64,000 nucleotides of DNA from a bacterium (GTDB taxonomy: Bacteria; Patescibacteriota; Dojkabacteria; B142; OLB20), in NCBI GenBank assembly GCA_021463645.1, contig JAJTYI010000004.1:110277-174276 (forward strand). The letters run 5' to 3'. A program made the translations under genes and the position numbers. This document shows, piece after piece, positions 61,193-64,000 of this stretch. Each line of letters starts with the position of its first letter. Positions within the stretch are counted from its first letter, which is position 1. The notes below the pieces were generated by a model. It saw nothing but the letters and a program-made list of their open reading frames with translations, ran no database searches and was not told where the DNA came from.

Positions 61193-61293
61193 TAGACTCC
61201 TGCCTTCGCAGGAGTGAAAATGCAAGGATAGTTAATATTAGGTCGGCAACTAATCCATTGATTAGCTGTCACTCCTGCGAAGGCAGGAGTCCA
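61193..61293. repeat. Inverted pair of REP-like palindromes
   Basis: TAGACTCCTGCCTTCGCAGGAGTGA (61193-61217) and TGTCACTCCTGCGAAGGCAGGAGTCCA (61267-61293). Confidence 0.85.
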
Positions 61294-61315
61294 TTCACTT
61301 GACCTCTTTATTGAA

Positions 61316-61615
61316 TTAAATCTTACTAATCATATCTTCATCCATATTCGCCTGTTTCAATCTCTTGATTGTATTTTTAATCCCCATCAAATGGTCATCG
61401 TGGATTGTTTTATACACATCCAATTTCTCGATATTTTCAACTAGGAGTGATGCAAAACGATCAACTGCCTCTTCGAAATATCTTTTTGATGGCTCATCTA
61501 AGTCAGCGACTCGATCGTGGGTGAAAATGAATGTATAGTGTGGATTGTCCTCTCCAAAAACTAATGTGTTCTTTGGTGTTGGTTCTGGTCTATCAGGGAA
61601 ATGTACTTTTGACAT
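61316..61615 (-). CDS. Hypothetical protein
   Basis: 99-aa ORF. Confidence 0.55.
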   Translation of the reverse strand: MSKVHFPDRPEPTPKNTLVFGEDNPHYTFIFTHDRVADLDEPSKRYFEEAVDRFASLLVENIEKLDVYKTIHDDHLMGIKNTIKRLKQANMDEDMISKI

Positions 61616-61639
61616 TGGTGTTTGTGTTAAAAAATAGAA

Positions 61640-62215
61640 TTAATTTAAAAATAAAAATGTGACTATGAAATATACAATAAAAGGAACAGAAGCCCCGAGA
61701 ATTACTTGTAAAAGTGTGTGTTTTTTAAGAACTAGCCGTGTCCAAGCGATTAGTGGTACTAGTAAAAACAGCGGCCAGTAAATCCAACCTGCTATGTGAT
61801 TTAGAAGTATCATCAAAGATGTATTTAGTGCTGTATGAAAACTTATTCGATAAAACACATTAATTATAGTAAGTGTGATTGTGATACTTAATGATAATAC
61901 CAATAGTTCAATAATGAACCAGCTTATGTTTAGGCGGATGAAAATTAACGAAATTAATAACCAACCAGACAATATTGCTAGTAAAAATATTGTCCGATTT
62001 GTTCGATCTTTTTTATCTAGGTCTAGTTTTTTCTTAAGATAAAATGCTGAACCAAATGTTTGTATGAAAAGTGTACCTGTGTATAAGATGTCTACGTCTT
62101 GAATTGAATATCTTCTAATTACAGTTATAAAGATAACGAGCAATAGAGTAATTAACCATGGATAGGATACAGCATAGTTTGTCAGTTTTTCGATTTTTTT
62201 GATATGTCTATTCAT
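61640..62215 (-). CDS. PAP2-like membrane phosphatase
   Basis: ISFHTA and WTRLVLKKHTLLQVILG. Confidence 0.7.
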   Translation of the reverse strand: MNRHIKKIEKLTNYAVSYPWLITLLLVIFITVIRRYSIQDVDILYTGTLFIQTFGSAFYLKKKLDLDKKDRTNRTIFLLAILSGWLLISLIFIRLNISWFIIELLVLSLSITITLTIINVFYRISFHTALNTSLMILLNHIAGWIYWPLFLLVPLIAWTRLVLKKHTLLQVILGASVPFIVYFIVTFLFLN

Positions 62216-62583
62216 TCTATAGTTCCAATCATTTTGACTTTAGGAGAAGTCGTTAATATTGAGATTCCGTGAGGAGATTCATCCATTGCTTGAGTTAAAT
62301 CTCTCCCACAACTTGCTTGTCCTTCTGATTCCGTGTGAATTCCGTCAACCCACTTATCTGACTCTCTAATTTCATGTACACGACCAGATACTGCTACGTA
62401 ACAATCGTTGCCTGATTTGCCATCATATTCAGAAAGTTCTGTAGTAGTGAATGTTATTTGTTTATCGGTTTGGGTTTTTTCATTAGATGTGGATTCGTCT
62501 TCTACGGAGGAACATCCCACCGCAAATAAAGTAATAGTAAAAAGAATTATTAATTTTTTCATATTCTTAAATAATAAAGACAT
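62212..62583 (-). CDS. Cytochrome b5-like heme/steroid-binding lipoprotein
   Basis: Lipobox AVGC; FTTTELSEYDG, CYVAVSGRVHEI, GRDLT, SPHG. Confidence 0.8.
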   Translation of the reverse strand: MSLLFKNMKKLIILFTITLFAVGCSSVEDESTSNEKTQTDKQITFTTTELSEYDGKSGNDCYVAVSGRVHEIRESDKWVDGIHTESEGQASCGRDLTQAMDESPHGISILTTSPKVKMIGTIE

Positions 62584-62699
62584 ATATTAGCAGAGAATGA
62601 ATTTCACAGTAAAATTAACAAAAACTATTGACATTATGTTTCAACTATATTTATATTCATATCTATAATAAATTACTGCCTATTTCTTATAGAACAAAA

Positions 62700-62840
62700 A
62701 TGAGTGACGATTATTATCAAGATGATTATGATGGAGATGAAGAAGTAACCCTATTTCCAGATGAGGATGAGGTGGATTTTGAGAATGAATTCGCCGAATT
62801 TACACTACCAGACGATAACGATAGTTCTATTGACCTCTAA
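62700..62840 (+). CDS. Small acidic hypothetical protein
   Basis: MSDDYYQDDY...; TTGACA upstream. Confidence 0.4.
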   Translation: MSDDYYQDDYDGDEEVTLFPDEDEVDFENEFAEFTLPDDNDSSIDL

Positions 62841-62935
62841 ACCAAAATTCCTGTCTTTTTGGGGTTTAATTTCAATTATTGGATGAATATAATATATAAT
62901 CTCTGTTGTAGAGAGTATTATTATCCTGATTTTTT

Positions 62936-63229
62936 ATGACCAAAATTGATAACGAGACTACAAAATCCGTCGCTGATTTAATTAAAATTCACATTGACGA
63001 GGAGCAAATTCCCCTTTATAGCGAAAATCTTAACACAGCGATTGATGCGGTGAATACATTCTCTGATTTAGATACAAAAGATGTCCCAATTACATCCCAA
63101 ACTGTAGGCACTGAAAATATTATGAGGGATGATATTGTTGAGGAAGGATTTAGTCAGGAAGAAGCATTAACCAATGCACATCAGACCAAAAATGGATATT
63201 TTCTAGTAAGAAAAGTCTTTAATGATTAA
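62936..63229 (+). CDS. gatC: Asp-tRNA(Asn)/Glu-tRNA(Gln) amidotransferase subunit C
   Basis: LDTKDVP, NIMRDD, EALTNA, GYFLVRKV; lies upstream of gatA. Confidence 0.9.
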   Translation: MTKIDNETTKSVADLIKIHIDEEQIPLYSENLNTAIDAVNTFSDLDTKDVPITSQTVGTENIMRDDIVEEGFSQEEALTNAHQTKNGYFLVRKVFND

Positions 63230-64000
63230 AAATAAAAAACTCACAATAAAACAAGTGCGGAAAGACTTTGCAAACAAGAAGTATACTCCTGAAGAATTGT
63301 TGGCAGATACCATCAAAACAATAGAAACACACGATTCGAAATACCATGCCTTTGTAAGTACAACATTTGATGAAGCTCGAGATGCTCTCCAATCCGATGA
63401 AAAAAAATCACTTTGGGGAATTCCTTCTGCTCTGAAAGACAATTTTAATTGGATAGGCACCAAAACAACCGCTTCATCGAACATATTGAAAAATTATATT
63501 TCTCCTTACAACGCAACTGTTACACAGCGATTATTAGATAACTCTGCATGCATCCTTGGAAAAACAAATATGGATGCATTTGCACATGGTTCAAGTACCG
63601 AGTCTTCTGACTTTTTTACAACATTAAATCCATTTGATGACACAAGAGTAGCAGGAGGTTCTAGCGGAGGTTCTGCGACCGCTGTAGGCTTAAATATGAG
63701 TGTGTATTCTATAGGCTCAGAGACTGCTGGTTCAGTTAGAGGTCCGGCGTCCTGGTGTGGCTTGGTTGGTTTTGCTCCAACTTTTGGGAGAATTAGTAGA
63801 TATGGGGTCATTGCTATGGGTTCGTCCCTTGATCGACCAGGAGTTATGACAAATTCGGTAGAAGATGTTGCAATTCTACACAAAATATTATCAGGCCAGG
63901 ATAAATATGATGCCACTTCTATTCAAGAACCTCCTCAGGATTTGACGAATGAACTTGAAAATCATAAAAGGAATCTAAAAATTGGATTACCAAAACAATA
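63222..64000 (+). CDS. gatA: Amidotransferase subunit A (partial; runs off window)
   Basis: Read manually: GIPSALKDNF, GKTNMDAFAHGSSTE, AGGSSGGSA, GSETAGSVRGPASWCG. Confidence 0.93.
   Translation, partial: MIKNKKLTIKQVRKDFANKKYTPEELLADTIKTIETHDSKYHAFVSTTFDEARDALQSDEKKSLWGIPSALKDNFNWIGTKTTASSNILKNYISPYNATVTQRLLDNSACILGKTNMDAFAHGSSTESSDFFTTLNPFDDTRVAGGSSGGSATAVGLNMSVYSIGSETAGSVRGPASWCGLVGFAPTFGRISRYGVIAMGSSLDRPGVMTNSVEDVAILHKILSGQDKYDATSIQEPPQDLTNELENHKRNLKIGLPKQ

Noticed and set aside
61178..61225. N-terminal extension of the ATL protein (MHFHSCEGRS)
   Set aside because: This is a translation of the palindromic repeat; the real start is likely 61177

Overview
AT-rich bacterial window using genetic code 11. 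The gene content (many ORFans, few Shine-Dalgarno motifs, a minimal ATP synthase) suggests Patescibacteria/CPR; this is inference, not a database result. The left half (about 5.4-33.9 kb) is a stack of accessory islands built around tRNA-His(GUG). It contains one intact tRNA-His (33337-33414), a chimeric second copy (25156-25233), degenerate 5' tRNA fragments carrying palindromic insertions, three copies of a 78-bp double-hairpin/att element, one intact and two relic large serine recombinases, and a GIY-YIG gene overlapping the tRNA. Island cargo includes a HigBA-type toxin-antitoxin pair, a HEPN protein and several nucleases. Most notably it carries two blocks of divergent nucleotide-modifying enzymes: a PRT-TrpF-like-HAD fusion, a 2-hydroxyacid dehydrogenase, Ham1-like, guanylate kinase-like, methyltransferase, APH-fold kinase, CYTH and NDK-like proteins. 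These could form an undescribed modified-nucleotide pathway, possibly antiviral. The right half is mostly core or metabolic: an F-type ATP synthase operon with no delta subunit gene, IMPase, beta-carbonic anhydrase, CapA, a Zn ABC transporter, PadR, GNAT, EamA, ATL, gatC and gatA. I found no CRISPR array, rRNA or reverse transcriptase.
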